Assembly (NCBI GenBank): GCA_012295275.1
Contig: CM022672.1
Coordinates: 27,714,001-27,778,000, forward strand
Length of the DNA stretch: 64,000 nt
Reading direction: 5' to 3'
Origin: Chrysomallon squamiferum
Lineage: Eukaryota > Animalia > Mollusca
This document shows, in pieces, positions 25,341 to 40,051 of this stretch (position 1 is the first letter of the stretch; every line of letters starts with the position of its first letter). The position numbers and the translations under genes are program-made. The notes below the pieces were generated by a model, which did no database searches, was not told where the DNA came from, and worked only from the letters and a program-made list of their open reading frames with translations.

Positions 25341-26280
25341 GTAAGTTATTACATTTAGAGTTTCATGCTGGACATTTGTTTACTAACAGTATCTGTGAAC
25401 CAAACTGCACATCATTGTGACTATGTACACATTTTGTCTCATCTAGTTGTGAAATCTGTACATACAATATTTTCAAACTTACCCATTAGTTAATATGATC
25501 TTCCAGCTAGGAAACTGTGTTCTTTATTTTCACATTTGTTTTCTTTACATATTTATTTTTATAATTCACAATTCATCCATGTATAGTCAAGAAATAATTA
25601 ATTTATTTTGGATTATTTCTGTTTTTCAGTATGATACGAATCAGCGTTTACTAGACAATGTCGTTCGGACCTGCCTTACTCCATATATTTTCATCCTGTG
25701 AACAAATAGCCAAATATATTTTGTTTACTTCTGAGATTGTTTCCTGTTATAGTAACTTTAATAATTAAGTAATAAATAATGAGACTGTGTGGATGCTGTC
25801 CTTTTTAAATGTATACAGAAATATAAAGCAAGGAAACCAACATGACACTGATTAGACTATTCTAAAGTTGCTGTACTTTATTGCTTAGTAGCAACAAAAA
25901 CAATCACATGGAAGTATATAAATATTAATTAAACTATCTGATTACATCATTACACAAACACTTTAAGTAACTCAGTCATACTGTTTGGACAGATATGTTG
26001 AAATATGACATTTTTAATGGTTGAAGCTTTTGGTGCTTTCCATTTTTAAAACTTTTGATACCATCAGTTTGCCACACCTCACACAAAATACACATCTGTT
26101 CAAACACATCCATTCCTGCTACTGAGCAGCCTCCTATGAATGCTGCGTGATGACACCTACACATACACCTACACATACACCTACACACACCTACACACCT
26201 ACACACACCTACACACCTGTGCCTGTGCCTATGACTATTTAGATGGTTATTATTATAATTGTTATTATTATCACTATCAT

Positions 26281-26322
<42 letters not shown>

Positions 26323-26349
26323 TATAATTATTATTATTATTATTATTAA

Positions 26350-26885
26350 TTACTTCAGAAATTGCAAATCAAAAATCATTTTGGCTTTGGGAAGCCATCA
26401 TTGTAATATTTTGATTACTTCTAAAAACTGCAAAGCTTTCACCTGCTAAATGTGAAAATTAATTTGTATTATTATTTTAATTTATTGTTTGTGCGACAAA
26501 TAACACGCAGTGCTGTGTTGTATCTGGTGTTTGGCCGATGTATGTGTTTGTGTATGGTGTGTATGTGTTTGTGTATGGTGTGTATGTGCTTTGTTTCTTT
26601 CTCTTGGTTTGTGTGTTTTGTGTATATTTGTCTATATTCAGTCATACGGTTATAAAAGGAAATTAATTTTGTTTATTTGTAACTATACAAGTTTCTACAA
26701 GAATATAGTTTTAGTTTAGAGATGAGTTATTTTTTTATTTTGTTGCCTTATATTTATTCGTTTTAATTTAAGTTTTAATTAAAGTTTATTTCTGCACCAG
26801 CTGCTGTAGAAATCAAATCCTCTTCACTAAATAATCATTTGCAATTTTCCAGTTTTCCAAGACACCGTTTGCTTCTCATTCTGAA
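26350..26885 (-). pseudogene. Two further exon-like cassettes of the same gene family
   Basis: ctttcag|AATGAGAAGCAAACGGTGTCTTGGAAAACTGG (26880) matches the 60.6-kb and 59.5-kb blocks. ttagcag|GTGAAAGC (~26444) matches the 22.75-kb and 60.9-kb blocks. Confidence 0.55.
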
Positions 26886-27188
26886 AGAGGAAGAAACAAT
26901 ATATGAATTTTAGATAATATCAGAGAACAAATACTAATTAAAATTAGTTTTGATACTGTACATATGAAGTTTAAGATGTTTTACAAGAACAAGTTCTGAA
27001 TATTCTACTTTTCTTTAATATAATTGTTGTTGTTTTGTTGTTGTTGTTGTTGTTATTATTGTATAATGTATTATTATCAAGTTACCTGTATATTATAATT
27101 AAATAATTAACATGAACCTTAACTTGTGTTGTGTTATTTCTCTAGTGGCTAGATAGAGTGAGCCCTGTGACGATAATCTACTGAGAAT

Positions 27189-27464
27189 AACTTTTATTTG
27201 TTTCATACTGTTATCATTCTTAGCAGCAGTTTGGTGATTGTTAGTTCAAGATATTTTAACTTTTATTTGTTTCATACTGTTATCATTCTTAGCAGCAGTT
27301 TGGTGATTGTTAGTTCACGATATTTTAACTTTTATTTGTTTCATACTGTTATCATTCTGAGCAGCAGTTTGGTGATTGTTAGTTCACGATATTTTAACTT
27401 TTATTTGTTTCATACTGTTATCATTCTTAGCAGCAGTTTGGTGATTGTTAGTTCACGATATTTT
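27189..27464. repeat. 69-bp tandem repeat x4
   Basis: Unit aacttttatttgtttcatactgttatcattcttagcagcagtttggtgattgttagttcacgatatttt. Confidence 0.96.
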
Positions 27465-28382
27465 ATCCTCAAAAACATAGCCTCTTTGAAATTGTAGCCA
27501 ACATACACCAATCCATCATGAGCCACGCTCCTGTAAATCTGGGGAAGCAAGACTGTAATTATTTAAACTGCATTAGATATTGTGAATGATACATTATACT
27601 TTTGATAGTATTGCTCTTCTCTGTGGACAGATATTCTTGAGATACCTTTGAGATCAACAGTGCATCCTCTTTTTATATTATTCCCATCTCTTCTGTGTAG
27701 CATAAAAAGTAGATCATCTGTATAAAATTTATATGCTCAAGCCCATATTTTTTTTTCAAATGTTTCTCTTTTTTAAAAATGTGTTTATTTATTTTGTATT
27801 ATTTTTATATTTTTTACTCCTATTGTTTTCTTGACCAGTAAAAAAATGAAATTTTGTTTCTGATATATTAAATAAAATAATGAAATTCTGCTGTAATATA
27901 TATATATATATATATATATGTTTTCATAATAAAATTTGATCACAAACTTTTTTGTGACTGATTTATAATATCAATGCGAATTAAAGCTAGTTGACAAAGA
28001 CAATAAAATGAGATGAAATGTATAATATTATATAGGTATGGTGAACTTAATTTTTGCCGTTACACCAAGACTTTCACTCATCATCACAACTTTTCTTTTA
28101 CACCATTATGTTTAGAAAGAAAATGAAAAAAGCTTACACAGACTGAGTTCGAACATACTTATATTAGGCACAGTTCAATGGTACTTGTGTTGGAAGATTA
28201 TTTTGTATTATTATTCTGTCGTTTTTGACACCAACTTGTTTGTTGTTCCTTAATATTATAACAGTTTACAACCAACAAAAAACAACAACACACACAAAAA
28301 ACAACAAAAAACAACAACAACAACACCCCCCCAACAACAACGCCATAAAGCATTGTGAGCATTGTAGCTTTAAATACCCACC

Positions 28383-28478
28383 AGTACCGCAGTCTTCTCC
28401 CCCGAGTCTAACTGCAGTCGTCAATAGCGGTCTGATTCTGGCGCTGCACGTGAAACTCGGAGAAAACACTGCAGTACT
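28383..28478. repeat. ~96-bp imperfect inverted repeat (hairpin / micro-MITE)
   Basis: agtaccgcagtcttctcccccgagt pairs with actcggagaaaacactgcagtact; inner tgcag pairs with ctgca. Confidence 0.65.
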
Positions 28479-28867
28479 TAAATAAATAAACTGTTTTTAA
28501 CGTTCAGTGATGAACAGTTTTGTTGTGGTGTAGTTAGGTCTGAAAGGATTTCACTGCTTGGCAGTTTGACTGTAAGAAAGAATTGGTAGGTGATATTTCT
28601 GTCTTATATTTCAGCTGAAAATTTATTTTTGTCTGATAATGTCAATGTGGTTGTTGGACCATTGCTACAGAGGCTGCATGACAATAACAAATTTTGAAAC
28701 TGAATAACACGAATACTGAATGAAAGTGTTTTTTTGTTTGTTTGTTTTTCATCCTGTACAACAACACCATGAAAAACAGTACAATGCACTGTTAATAAGT
28801 TTTACATCGCCTTCAAGTGTCATGATTAAATATAAATATATATATATTTAATAAGTAAAATATAAAC

Positions 28868-29099
28868 CAGTGGTATGCAGAGGGGGGCTTGAGAGGCGGT
28901 GGCCCCGGTAATCAAATTCAGGGGGGCATCCAATAAGAGACGATAACTTAATAAATCTGGTTGATTTATATTTAAATCGAATAAAGTGTTTGTGTTTCAT
29001 CTGTGTTTACATATGCAAAATATATTCCTTTTTCATAATAGTTCTGGCCTTATACTTGAGTCTTTGGGGCATACAGTCAATGACCTCTGCACGCCACTG
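28868..29099. mobile_element. hAT-type MITE, 232 bp
   Basis: TIRs CAGTGGTATGCAGAGG / CCTCTGCACGCCACTG; 8-bp TSD atataaac / ctataaac (7/8 match). Confidence 0.88.
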
Positions 29100-29454
29100 C
29101 TATAAACCTGACCCGCCCAACGTCTTCTGTGACCGAAGTGCTAGCTCATTTCTTCACAATCTGAGTGTGTACAGTGTGTAAGCTAAGCTGAATACTAAGT
29201 GAATACTGTATCAAGAAAGATTGTGGCAAAGAATATATCTAAAACTTTAACATTAAAATTATTATATTGATTTATAGTGTATAGTTATTGTAGTATGTGT
29301 TGTGATAAATGATAAAAGCACAAATCATTTGATTATAAAACATGAGATTAGTTGTTTTAGACTAAACAATAACTAATAATAAGTTTGTGAAATTGTTTCT
29401 CATCTGTCATAAGCAGTATGGGGGGGATGGTTATGATTTAACTCTGGTTCCATT

Positions 29455-29822
29455 CACACCGGCTCCATAAACACCTGTCACAGTGACACCGGCTCCATAA
29501 ACACCTGTCACAGTGACACCAGCTCCATAAACACCTGTCACCATGACACCAGCTCCATAAACACCTGTCACCATGACACCTGCTCCATAAACACCTGTCA
29601 CCATGACACCTGCTCCATAAACACCTGTCACAGTGACACCAGCTCCATAAACACCTGTCACAGTGACACCAGCTCCATAAACACCTGTCACCATGACACC
29701 GGCTCCATAAACACCTGTCACTGTGACACTGGCTCCATAAACACCTGTCACCATGACACTGGCTCCATAAACACCTGTCACCATGACACTGGCTCCATAA
29801 ACACCTGTCACCATGACACCAC
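29455..29822. repeat. 30-bp minisatellite, ~12 copies
   Basis: Unit cacc(g/a/t)gctccataaacacctgtcac(ag/ca)tga. Confidence 0.97.
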
Positions 29823-30454
29823 ACAACACACGTTTCTCCATCAACCAGGACATTTTCCATTTTCATTTTCAAGATAATTGTGAAGGAGAAATTTAAAACA
29901 CTTTAATTTTTGTTTTGTTTTCTGCATCTGATACAAATGATTAAGTAAAGTTAAGAAAATGTAACTGGTTACTTTTATAATTTTTTTTATTAACAGCAAG
30001 GAGCATATACCCATAACCAGGAAATGTATACCATAGACTGTGATAATTAACTGTGAATAATAGCTGAGCAGTGAGTGAAAGAATGAAGAATAATAATAAG
30101 CATCATGAAGCTATTTGAAAATATTGTATTAATATTTCTGCTAATTTTCAAAATTCAGCTATCATCCTTATGCTGATATATCAGTTGGTATGGACAGTAT
30201 ATTGTTATATATAGTCCATGTTACTTATATTGCTTTGCAGACAGTCACTGTTGTCAAGTTTGTTTATGGATAGTAAGAATCAAGTTTGATTAAGATTATA
30301 ATAAATTAATAATGTGAGCCCTGTTATCTAATTATATTAAAACTTGAACTAACATATGTTGTCCTAAAGTGTAACATTTTTAATGAAATAAGTTAAACAA
30401 CAATGAAATTGTTATTTTCATTATTTTGTTGACTGAAGCAAACATGAAAAAGCA

Positions 30455-32500
30455 AATTGTTGTGGTGTATTGTGTGAGTGTTTTGCATTTTGTTTGTTAT
30501 TGTGAAGTGTTCTGCCTGATGTGTGTCCTGTGTGATGTGGTATGTATGCCGTGGTGCACTGTTTCTAGTCAGTCATATACAGTGTGTGTGTGTCTATTGT
30601 GTGTGTGTGTGTGTGTGTCTGCATGTGTGTGTGTGCGTGTGTGTGTGTGTGTCTGTTGTGTGTCAGTGTGTGCGTGCATGTGTGTGTGTGTGTGTGTCTG
30701 TGTGTGTGTGTCTGTGTGTCTGTGTGTGTGTGTGTGTGTATTCAGTGTGGTCAATAGTTCTATTTTGTATTTTCTCTGCTGTAATGTGTATATCTAATAT
30801 ATTGTCTAGGTATATTGCCATCAACATTACTGTGTTTTATATGCAGTATCATCTCTGTGCTTACTGTGTTTGTCATGTTCAAGTATATTTGTTGCATGTT
30901 TGTGTGTGTTTTGAGTCGAGTGTGGTGTATATGTATGTTGTGTTTTACATTGTGTACCTTGTCCTCTATAGTGTGTGTAATGTGTCTCTTGTTTAAATTT
31001 CTTGTTGTTGCTTATGTGTTCAGTGATCTGTATGTCAGTATAGTGCATGTGTGGGTTTTCAGTGATGTGTTGTAGTGTGATGTAATGCTTGGTGTTTTCT
31101 GTATGTATGTTGTATTATGTGTATGCTGTGTGTGAATATTGTAAGTGATGAATATCATATCCCATATGATGTGCCTTGTACTCGTCATTCATGCACAAAC
31201 ACAACATGTGCCACCAACACAACACAAAACAGAACACACAAGACAACCATTGCACAGTGTGGTGCTAGTGTGCATGTTGTGTGTTGAGAACTTAGTACAT
31301 GGTATGTTTGGTGCATGTTGTGGTCTGGTGTGATGTTCTCTCTGCCTTGTCCTGTTGCCTGTTGTTTTGAATGCTTATGTTTTCGATCCCCTGTGCTGTC
31401 AATGTCTGTGTTTTGTCTTCGGTGTAGTGTTTGTGTGTTTATGTGTGTTTGTTTCATGTGGTACATGTCCTCTGGTGTGTTTTGTCCTATATGGTCAGTG
31501 TATTATATATGTTTGTTGTTGCTGCATGTCTGTGTTTTGTTTCAAGTGTGTTGTGTTCTGTTTCATTTTTTTGGATATTATGGGTGTGTTGTTTTTGTGT
31601 ATGATGTATATTATGTTATGTATGATGTTCTGTATGATATATGTATGGATTGTTGTGTTTTTCTGTCTTGTGCAAGCTGTGGTCTGGTGTGATATTTTCT
31701 CTGCCTTGTCCTGTTGCCTGTTGTTTTGAATGCTGTGTTGTGGTGTTTCATGTGCCTTGTCATGTACGATCTGTGTTGACAAATATATTTAGTTGAAAAT
31801 TTTGTGCTTTCAGTGATATGGTATGTGTCTTGCGCTGTTGCTGTCTGTGTTTTATGTCTGGTATGGTGTGTAGTATGTGTACTGAATATGTGCTGATGTG
31901 TGAGTGCTTTAGATGAGAATTTTCTGTTTTGTATGATGTGGTATCTGCTCTGTTTTCTGTTTTGTATGATGTGGTATCTGCTGTGTGGTGTGTTGTTTTG
32001 AATGTTGTACTTGTAATGATTTTTTTCATTTTCCTTTATGAATGTATGAATTTTTGTATGTTTGTTTTTCTTGCATGTTTTTGTCTGATCTTGTCTGTTT
32101 TCAGTTTTGTGTGTCCTGTGCTGCTGCTGTCTGTGTTTTATGTGTGGTATTGTGTGTAGTGTGTGTTTGGTATGTGTTCATATGTGTTCTGTATGACTGT
32201 TGACGTGTGTTTGTGCTGTAGATGAGAATTTTGTATTTTGTGTGATGTGTTATGTGTCCTTTGGTGTATTGTTTTAAATGTTGTGCTGTAATGATTTTTG
32301 TTCATTGTCCTGTATGATATGTGTAATGAATGTATTTTTGTATATCTGTGTGTGTCTGTGTCAGTTTTATGTGCCCTGTTCTGTTGCTGTGAGTGGTTTA
32401 TATCTGGTATGGTGCATACTATGTGTACTATTATTATTATTATTGTTACTATTATTAGTATGTGTTATGCATGTTTGTTTTTATTATTATTATTATTACT
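30455..32500. repeat. Strand-asymmetric GT-rich degenerate repeat block, an older relative of the array's GT-rich segment
   Basis: Plus strand is dominated by T/G. Internal repeats are visible, e.g. tgtggtctggtgtgat..ctctgccttgtcctgttgcctgttgttttgaatgc at ~31320 and ~31680. Confidence 0.8.
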
Positions 32501-32519
32501 TTATTTTATTTGATCTTGC

Positions 32520-33117
32520 TGTTGTTGTTTGTTGTTGTTTCCCTCTGCTGTTGTCTGTAGTTTGTGTACTGTATGTGTTTGTGTTTGTTTGAAAATATTG
32601 TAATTTGTTTCATGTGGTATGAGTCCTCTGGTGTTGTGTTTTGAATGCTATGCTGTGCTGCATTGTGTATGTTTGTTGTTCTTCCACATTTGTGTTTTAT
32701 TTCTGAACATTGTGTGTGTATCTTTTTCTCTGTTTTGAATCTACTGTGCTGTTGCTGTGTTTGTTTTTATTCAGTGATATTTTTATCAGTGTTTTGTGTG
32801 CCCTGAGCTGTTGCTGTCTCTGTTTTTTCCCTTGTCATCTATAGTGTGTGTATTGAATATGTGCTGAGGTGTGTTAGTTTTGTGTGATGTTGTGTGTTGT
32901 TTTAAATGTTTCGATGTGATATTTTGTCCTGCTTGCCCTATATCTGTAATGTATGCATTTTTATATGTTTGCTTTTGATGCATGTTTGTATCTGATGTTG
33001 TCCATGTGTTAGTTTTGTGTACTCTGTGTGCTCCTCTCTGTGTTTTTTATCTCTGAATATGATGATGATGTTGATGATATTGTTTTGTTGTTCTTATTGT
33101 CATTGTCATTATTATTA

Positions 33118-33172
<55 letters not shown>

Positions 33173-34511
33173 TTGTTGTTATTGTTATTATTAATTTATT
33201 TTATTTGATCTTACTTATTGAATTTCTTTTTGTAAAGCTTATATTTTAATTTTTTTTATTAACCTCTTCTTATGAAAATGTGTAGGCATTTTTGTTTACC
33301 ATTTAGGTGATGTGTTTCTTCTCCAGCGTTCTTTAACCTTCTTCAATGACGTCACCTGTGAATTATAAAGCAGAAAATGCATGTTTAGACAACAATATTA
33401 ACAGTCTGATGACTACATTAAAATGCATACACTCCCACCCAAATGCTGGCAAACCCCAAAAATGAAAAACCCATTCCTGTCTTCATCTGTGTATTCTTCT
33501 CTTCATTTTCCTCCTGTCATCCTGTGAAAACAAAGCAAAGAAATGTCAGTATTTCATTTAACTAAAAATAAAAGAAATACAAAATTAATTCCATCATTAC
33601 TAATATTACTGTTATGAATGTCATAATAATCATTATTCTTATTATTCTCTTAGATGATGGTGAGGATGACATCATTGTTATTGTTCTTATTAACTTTATT
33701 ACTGTCGTTATCAGTACTATTATTTTTGTTATTATTATTACTGCTATTATTATAATTATTATTATTATTATTTTTGTAGGCGTTTGTTTTTGTTGCATAT
33801 TTGCTTTTTTGTGTGTTCTTTTATTGTCTAAAGTTTGTTTGTATTCTTGAGTGTTTTTCTTCCTGTGGTTCTGTCTACTTGTGTGTATTGAGTACCCTGT
33901 GCTGCTGTTGTTGTTGTTTGTTGTTGTTTGGCTCTGGTGTTGTCTGTAGTTTGTGTACTGTATGTGTTTGTGTTTGTTTGTTTGAAAATATTGTAATTTG
34001 TTTGATGTGGTATGAGTCCTCTGGTGTTTTGTTTTGAATGCTATGCTGTGCTGCATTGTGTATGTTTGTTGTTCTTCCACATTTGTGTTTTATTTCTGAA
34101 CATTGTGTGTGTATCTTTGTCTCTGTTTTGTATCTACTGTGCTGTTGCTGTGTTTGTTTTCTATTCAGTGATATTTTTATCAGTGTTTTGTGTGCCCTGA
34201 GCTGTTGCTGTCTGTGTTTTTTTTGTGTCATCTATAGTGTGTGTATTGAATATGTGCTGAGGTGTGTTAGTTTTGTGTGATGTTGTGTGTTGTTTTGAAT
34301 GTTTCGATGTGATAGTTTGTCCTGCTTGCCCTATATCTGTAATGTATGCATTTTTATATGTTTGCTTTTGATGCATGTTTGTATCTGATGTTGTCCATGT
34401 GTTAGTTTTGTGTACTCTGTGTGCTCCTCTCTGTGTTTTTTATCTCTGAATATGATGATGATGTTGATGATGTTGTTGTTGTTCTTATTGTCATTGTCAT
34501 TATTATTATTA

Positions 34512-34552
<41 letters not shown>

Positions 34553-35869
34553 TTGTTGTTATTGTTATTATTACTTTATTTTATTCGATCTTACTTATTG
34601 AATTTGTTTTTGTAAAGCTAATATTTTAATTTTTTTTTATTAACCTCTTCTTATGAAAATGTATAGGCATTTTTGTTTACCATTTAGGTGATGTGTTTCT
34701 TCTCCAGCGTTCTTTAACCTTCTTCAATGACGTCACCTGTGAATTATAAAGCAGAAAATGCATGTTTAGACAACAATATTAACAGTCTGATGACTACATT
34801 AAAATGCATACACTCCCACCCAAATGCCGGCAACCCCCAAAAATGAAAAACCCATTCCTGTCTTCATCTGTGTATTCTTCTCTTCATTTTCCTCCTGTCA
34901 TCCTGTGAAAACAAAGCAAAGAAATGTCAGTATTTCATTTAACTAAAAATAAAAGAAATACAAAATTAATTCCATCATTACTAATATTACTGTTATTAAT
35001 ATCATCATAATAATCATTATTCTTATTATTCTCTTAGATGATGGTGAGGATGACATCATTGTTATTGTTCTTATTAACTTTATTACTGTCGTTATCAGTA
35101 CTATTATTTTTGTTATTATTATTGCTGCTATTATTATAATTATTATTATTATTATTTGTAGGCGTTTGTTTTTGTTGCATATTTGCTTTTTTGTGTGTTC
35201 TTTTATTGTCTAAAGTTTGTTTGTATTCTTGAGTGTTTTTCTTCCTGTGGTTCTGTCTACTTGTGTGTATTGAGTACCCTGTGCTGCTGTTGTTGTTTGT
35301 TGTTGTTTGGCTCTGGTGTTGTCTGTAGTTTGTGTACTGTATGTGTTTGTGTTTGTTTGTTTGAAAATATTGTAATTTGTTTGATGTGGTATGAGTCCTC
35401 TGGTGTTTTGTTTTGAATGCTATGCTGTGCTGCATTGTGTATGTTTGTTGTTCTTCCACATTTGTGTTTTATTTCTGAACATTGTGTGTGTATCTTTGTC
35501 TCTGTTTTGTATCTACTGTGCTGTTGCTGTGTTTGTTTTCTATTCAGTGATATTTTTATCAGTGTTTTGTGTGCCCTGAGCTGTTGCTGTCTGTGTTTTT
35601 TCCCTTGTCATCTATAGTGTGTGTTAGTTTTGTGTGATGTTGTGTTTTGTTTTGAATGTTTCGATGTGATATTTTGTCCTGCTTGCCCTATATCTGTAAT
35701 GTGTGCATTTTTATATGTTTGCTTTTGATGCATGTTTGTATCTGATGTTGTCCATGAGCTAGTTTTGTGTACCCTATGTGCTCCTCTGTGTTTTTTATCT
35801 CTGAGTATGATGATGATGTTGATGGTATTGTTGTTGCTATTGTTCTTATTGTCATTGTCATTATTATTA

Positions 35870-35924
<55 letters not shown>

Positions 35925-37239
35925 TTGTTGTTATTTTTATTATTAATTTATTTTATTTGATCTTACTTATTGAATTTCTTTTTGTAAAGCTTATATATTT
36001 TTTTTTTTATTATCCTCTTCTTATTAAAATGTGTAGGCATTTTTGTTTACCATTTAGGTGATGTGTTTCTTCTCCAGCGTTCTTTAACCTTGTTCAATGA
36101 CGTCACCTGTGAATTATAAAGCAGAAAATGCATGTTTAGACAACAATATTAACAGCCTGATGACTACATTAAAATGCATACACTCCCACCCAAATGCCGG
36201 CAAACCCCAAAAATGAAAAACCCATTCCTGTCTGCATCTGTGTATTCTTCTCTTCATTTTCCTCCTGTCATCCTGTGAAAACAAAGCAAAGAAATGTCAG
36301 TATTTCATTTAACTAAAAATAAAAGAAATACAAAATTAATTCCATCATTACTAATATTACTGTTACCATTATCATCATAATAATCATTATTCTTATTATT
36401 CTCTTAGATGATGGTGAGGATGACATCATTGTTATTGTTCTTATTAACTTTATTACTGTCGTTATCAGTATTATTATTTTTGTTATTATTATTCCTACTA
36501 TTATTATTATTATTATTATTATTATTTGTAGGCATTTGTTTTTGTTGCATATTTGCTTTTTTGTGAGTTCTTTTATTGTCTAAAGTTTGTTTGTATTCTT
36601 GAGTGTTTTTCTTCCTGTGGTGCTGTCTACTTGTGTGTATTGTGTACCTTGTGCTGCTGTTGTTGTTTCTTGTTGTTTGGCTCTGGTGTTGTCTGTAGTT
36701 TGTGTACTGTACGTGTTTGTTTGAAAATATTGTAATTTGTTTGATGTGGTATGAGTCCTCTGGTGTTTTGTTTTGAATGCTATGCTGTGCTGCATTGTGT
36801 ATGTTTGTTGTTCTTCCACATTTGTGTTTTATTTCTGAACATTGTGTGTGTATCTTTGTCTCTGTTTTGTATCTACTGTGCTGTTGCTGTGTTTATTTTC
36901 TATTCAGTGATATTTTTATCAGTGTTTTGTGTGCCCTGAGCTGTTGCTGTCTGTGTTTTTTCCCTTGTCATCTATAGTGTGTGTATTGAATATGTGCTGA
37001 GGTGTGTTAGTTTTGTGTGATGTTGTGTGTTGTTTTGAATGTTTCGATGTGATATTTTGTCCTGCTTGCCCTATATCTGTAATGTATGCATTTTTATATG
37101 TTTGCTTTTGATGCATGTTTGTATCTGATGTTGTCCATGTGTTAGTTTTGTGTACTCTGTGTGCTCCTCTCTGTGTTTTTTATCTCTGAATATGATGATG
37201 ATGTTGATGATATTGTTGTTGTTGTTATTATTGTCATTG

Positions 37240-37314
<75 letters not shown>

Positions 37315-38639
37315 TTGTTGTTATTTTTATTATTAATTTATTTTATTTGATCTTACTTATTGAATTTCTTTTTGTAAAGCTTATATATATTTTTTTTTTA
37401 TTAACCTCTTCTTATGAAAATGTGTAGGCATTTTTGTTTACCATTTAGGTGATGTGTTTCTTCTCCAGCGTTCTTTAACCTTCTTCAATGACGTCACCTG
37501 TGAATTATAAAGCAGAAAATGCATGTTTAGACAACAATATTAACAGCCTGATGATTACATTAAAATGCATACACTCCCACCCAAATGCCGGCAAACCCCA
37601 AAAATGAAAAACCCATTCCTGTCTTCATCTGTGTATTCTTCTCTTCATTATCCTCCTGTCATCCTGTGAAAACAAAGCAAAGAAATGTCAGTATTTCATT
37701 TAACTAAAAATAAAAGAAATACAAAATTAATTCCATCATTACTAATATTACTAATATTACTAATATGTCATAATAATCATTATTCTTATTATTCTCTTAG
37801 ATGATGGTGAGGATGACATCATTGTTATTGTTCTTATTAACTTTATTACTGTCGTTATCAGTACTATTATTTTTGTTATGATTATTGCTACTATTATTAT
37901 TATTATTATTTGTAGGCGTTTGTTTTTGTTTCATATTTGCTTTTTTGTCTGTTCTTTTATTGTCTAAAGTTTGTTTGTATTCTTGAGTGTTTTTCTTCCT
38001 GTGGTGCTGTCTACTTGTGTGTATTGTGTACCCTGTGCTGCTGTTGTTGTTTCTTGTTGTTTGGCTCTGGTGTTGTCTGTAGTTTGTGTACTGTATGTGT
38101 TTGTTTGTTTGAAAATATTGTAATTTGTTTGATGTGGTATGAGTCCTCTGGTGTTTTGTTTTGAATGCTATGCTGTGCTGCATTGTGTATGTTTGTTGTT
38201 CTTCCACATCTGTGTTTTATTTCTGAACATTGTGTGTGTATCTTTGTCTCTGTTTTGTATCTACTGTGCTGTTGCTGTGTTTGTTTTCTATTCAGTGATA
38301 TTTTTATCAGTGTTTTGTGTGCCCTGAGCTGTTGCTGTCTGTGTTTTTTCCCTTGTCATCTATAGTGTGTGTATTGAATATGTGCTGAGGTGTGTTAGTT
38401 TTGTGTGATGTTGTGTGTTGTTTTGAATGTTTCGATGTGATAGTTTGTCCTGCTTGCCCTATATCTGTAATGTATGCATTTTTATATGTTTGTTTTTGAT
38501 GCATGTTTGTATCTGATGTTGTCCATGAGCTAGTTTTGTGTACCCTGTGTGCTCCTCTCTGTGTTTTTTATCTCTGAGTATGATGATGATGTTGATGATA
38601 TTGTTGTTGTTGTTCTTATTGTCATTGTCATTATTATTA

Positions 38640-38685
<46 letters not shown>

Positions 38686-40005
38686 TTGTTGTTATTGTTA
38701 TTATTACTTTATTTTATTTGATCTTACTTATTGAATTTGTTTTTGTAAAGCTAATATTTTGATTTTTTTTTATTAACCTCTTCTTATGAAAATGTATAGG
38801 CATTTTTGTTTACCATTTAGGTGATGTGTTTCTTCTCCAGCGTTCTTTTACCTTCTTCAATGACGACACCTGTGAATTATAAAGCAGAAAATGCATGTTT
38901 AGACAACAATATTAACAGCCTGATGATTACATTAAAATGCATACACTCCCACCCAAATGCCGGCAAACCCCAAAAATGAAAAACCCATTCCTGTCTTCAT
39001 CTGTGTATTCTTCTCTTCATTTTCCTCCTGTCATCCTGTGAAAACAAAGCAAAGAAATGTCAGTATTTCATTTAACTAAAAATAAAAGAAATACAAAATT
39101 AATTCCATCATTACTAATATTACTGTTACCATTATCATCATAATAATCATTATTCTTATTATTCTCTTAGATGATGGTGAGGATGACATCATTGTTATTG
39201 TTCTTATTAACTTTATTACTGTCGTTATCAGTACTATTATTTTTGTTATGATTATTGCTACTATTATTATTATTATTATTTGTAGGCGTTTGTTTTTGTT
39301 GCATATTTGCTTTTTTGTGTGTTCTTTTATTGTCTAAAGTTTGTTTGTATTCTTGAGTGTTTTTCTTCCTGTGGTGCTGTCTACTTGTGTGTATTGTGTA
39401 CCGTGTGCTGCTGTTGTTGTTTCTTGTTGTTTGGCTCTGGTGTTGTCTGTAGTTTGTGTACTGTATGTGTTTGTGTTTGTTTGTTTGTTTGAAAATATTG
39501 TAATTTGTTTGATGTGGTATGAGTCCTCTGGTGTTTTGTTTTGAATGCTATGCTGTGCTGCATTGTGTATGTTTGTTGTTCTTCCACATTTGTGTTTTAT
39601 TTCTGAACATTGTGTGTGTATCTTTGTCTCTGTTTTGTATCTACTGTGCTGTTGCTGTGTTTGTTTTTTTCTATTCAGTGATATTTTTTTATCAGTGTTT
39701 TGTGTGCCCTGAGCTGTTGCTGTCTGTGTTTTTTCCCTTGTCATCTATAGTGTGTGTTAGTTTTGTGTGATGTTGTGTTTTGTTTTGAATGTTTCGATGT
39801 GATATTTTGTCCTGCTTGCCCTATATCTATAATGTATGCATTTTTATATGTTTGCTTTTGATGCATGTTTGTATCTGATGTTGTCCATGAGCTAGTTTTG
39901 TGTACCCTATGTGCTCCTCTGTGTTTTTTATCTCTGAGTATGATGATGATGATGTTGATGGTATTGTTGTTGCTATTGTTCTTATTGTCATTGTCATTAT
40001 TATTA

Positions 40006-40051
<46 letters not shown>

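Noticed and set aside
28614-28700. Plus-strand terminal coding exon (ENLFLSDNVNVVVGPLLQRLHDNNKF*)
   Set aside because: A good acceptor is present, but there is no linked upstream exon or recognisable homology.
29431-29872. VMVTGVYGAG / CHGDRCLWSW repeat proteins
   Set aside because: Two overlapping frames are open only across a 30-bp minisatellite. There is no signal peptide or splice context in those frames.
33405-33482. C/D-box snoRNA in each array unit (tgatga ... cctg)
   Set aside because: No D box (CTGA) with a terminal stem in the main units, and the C-like box is not conserved in diverged copies.
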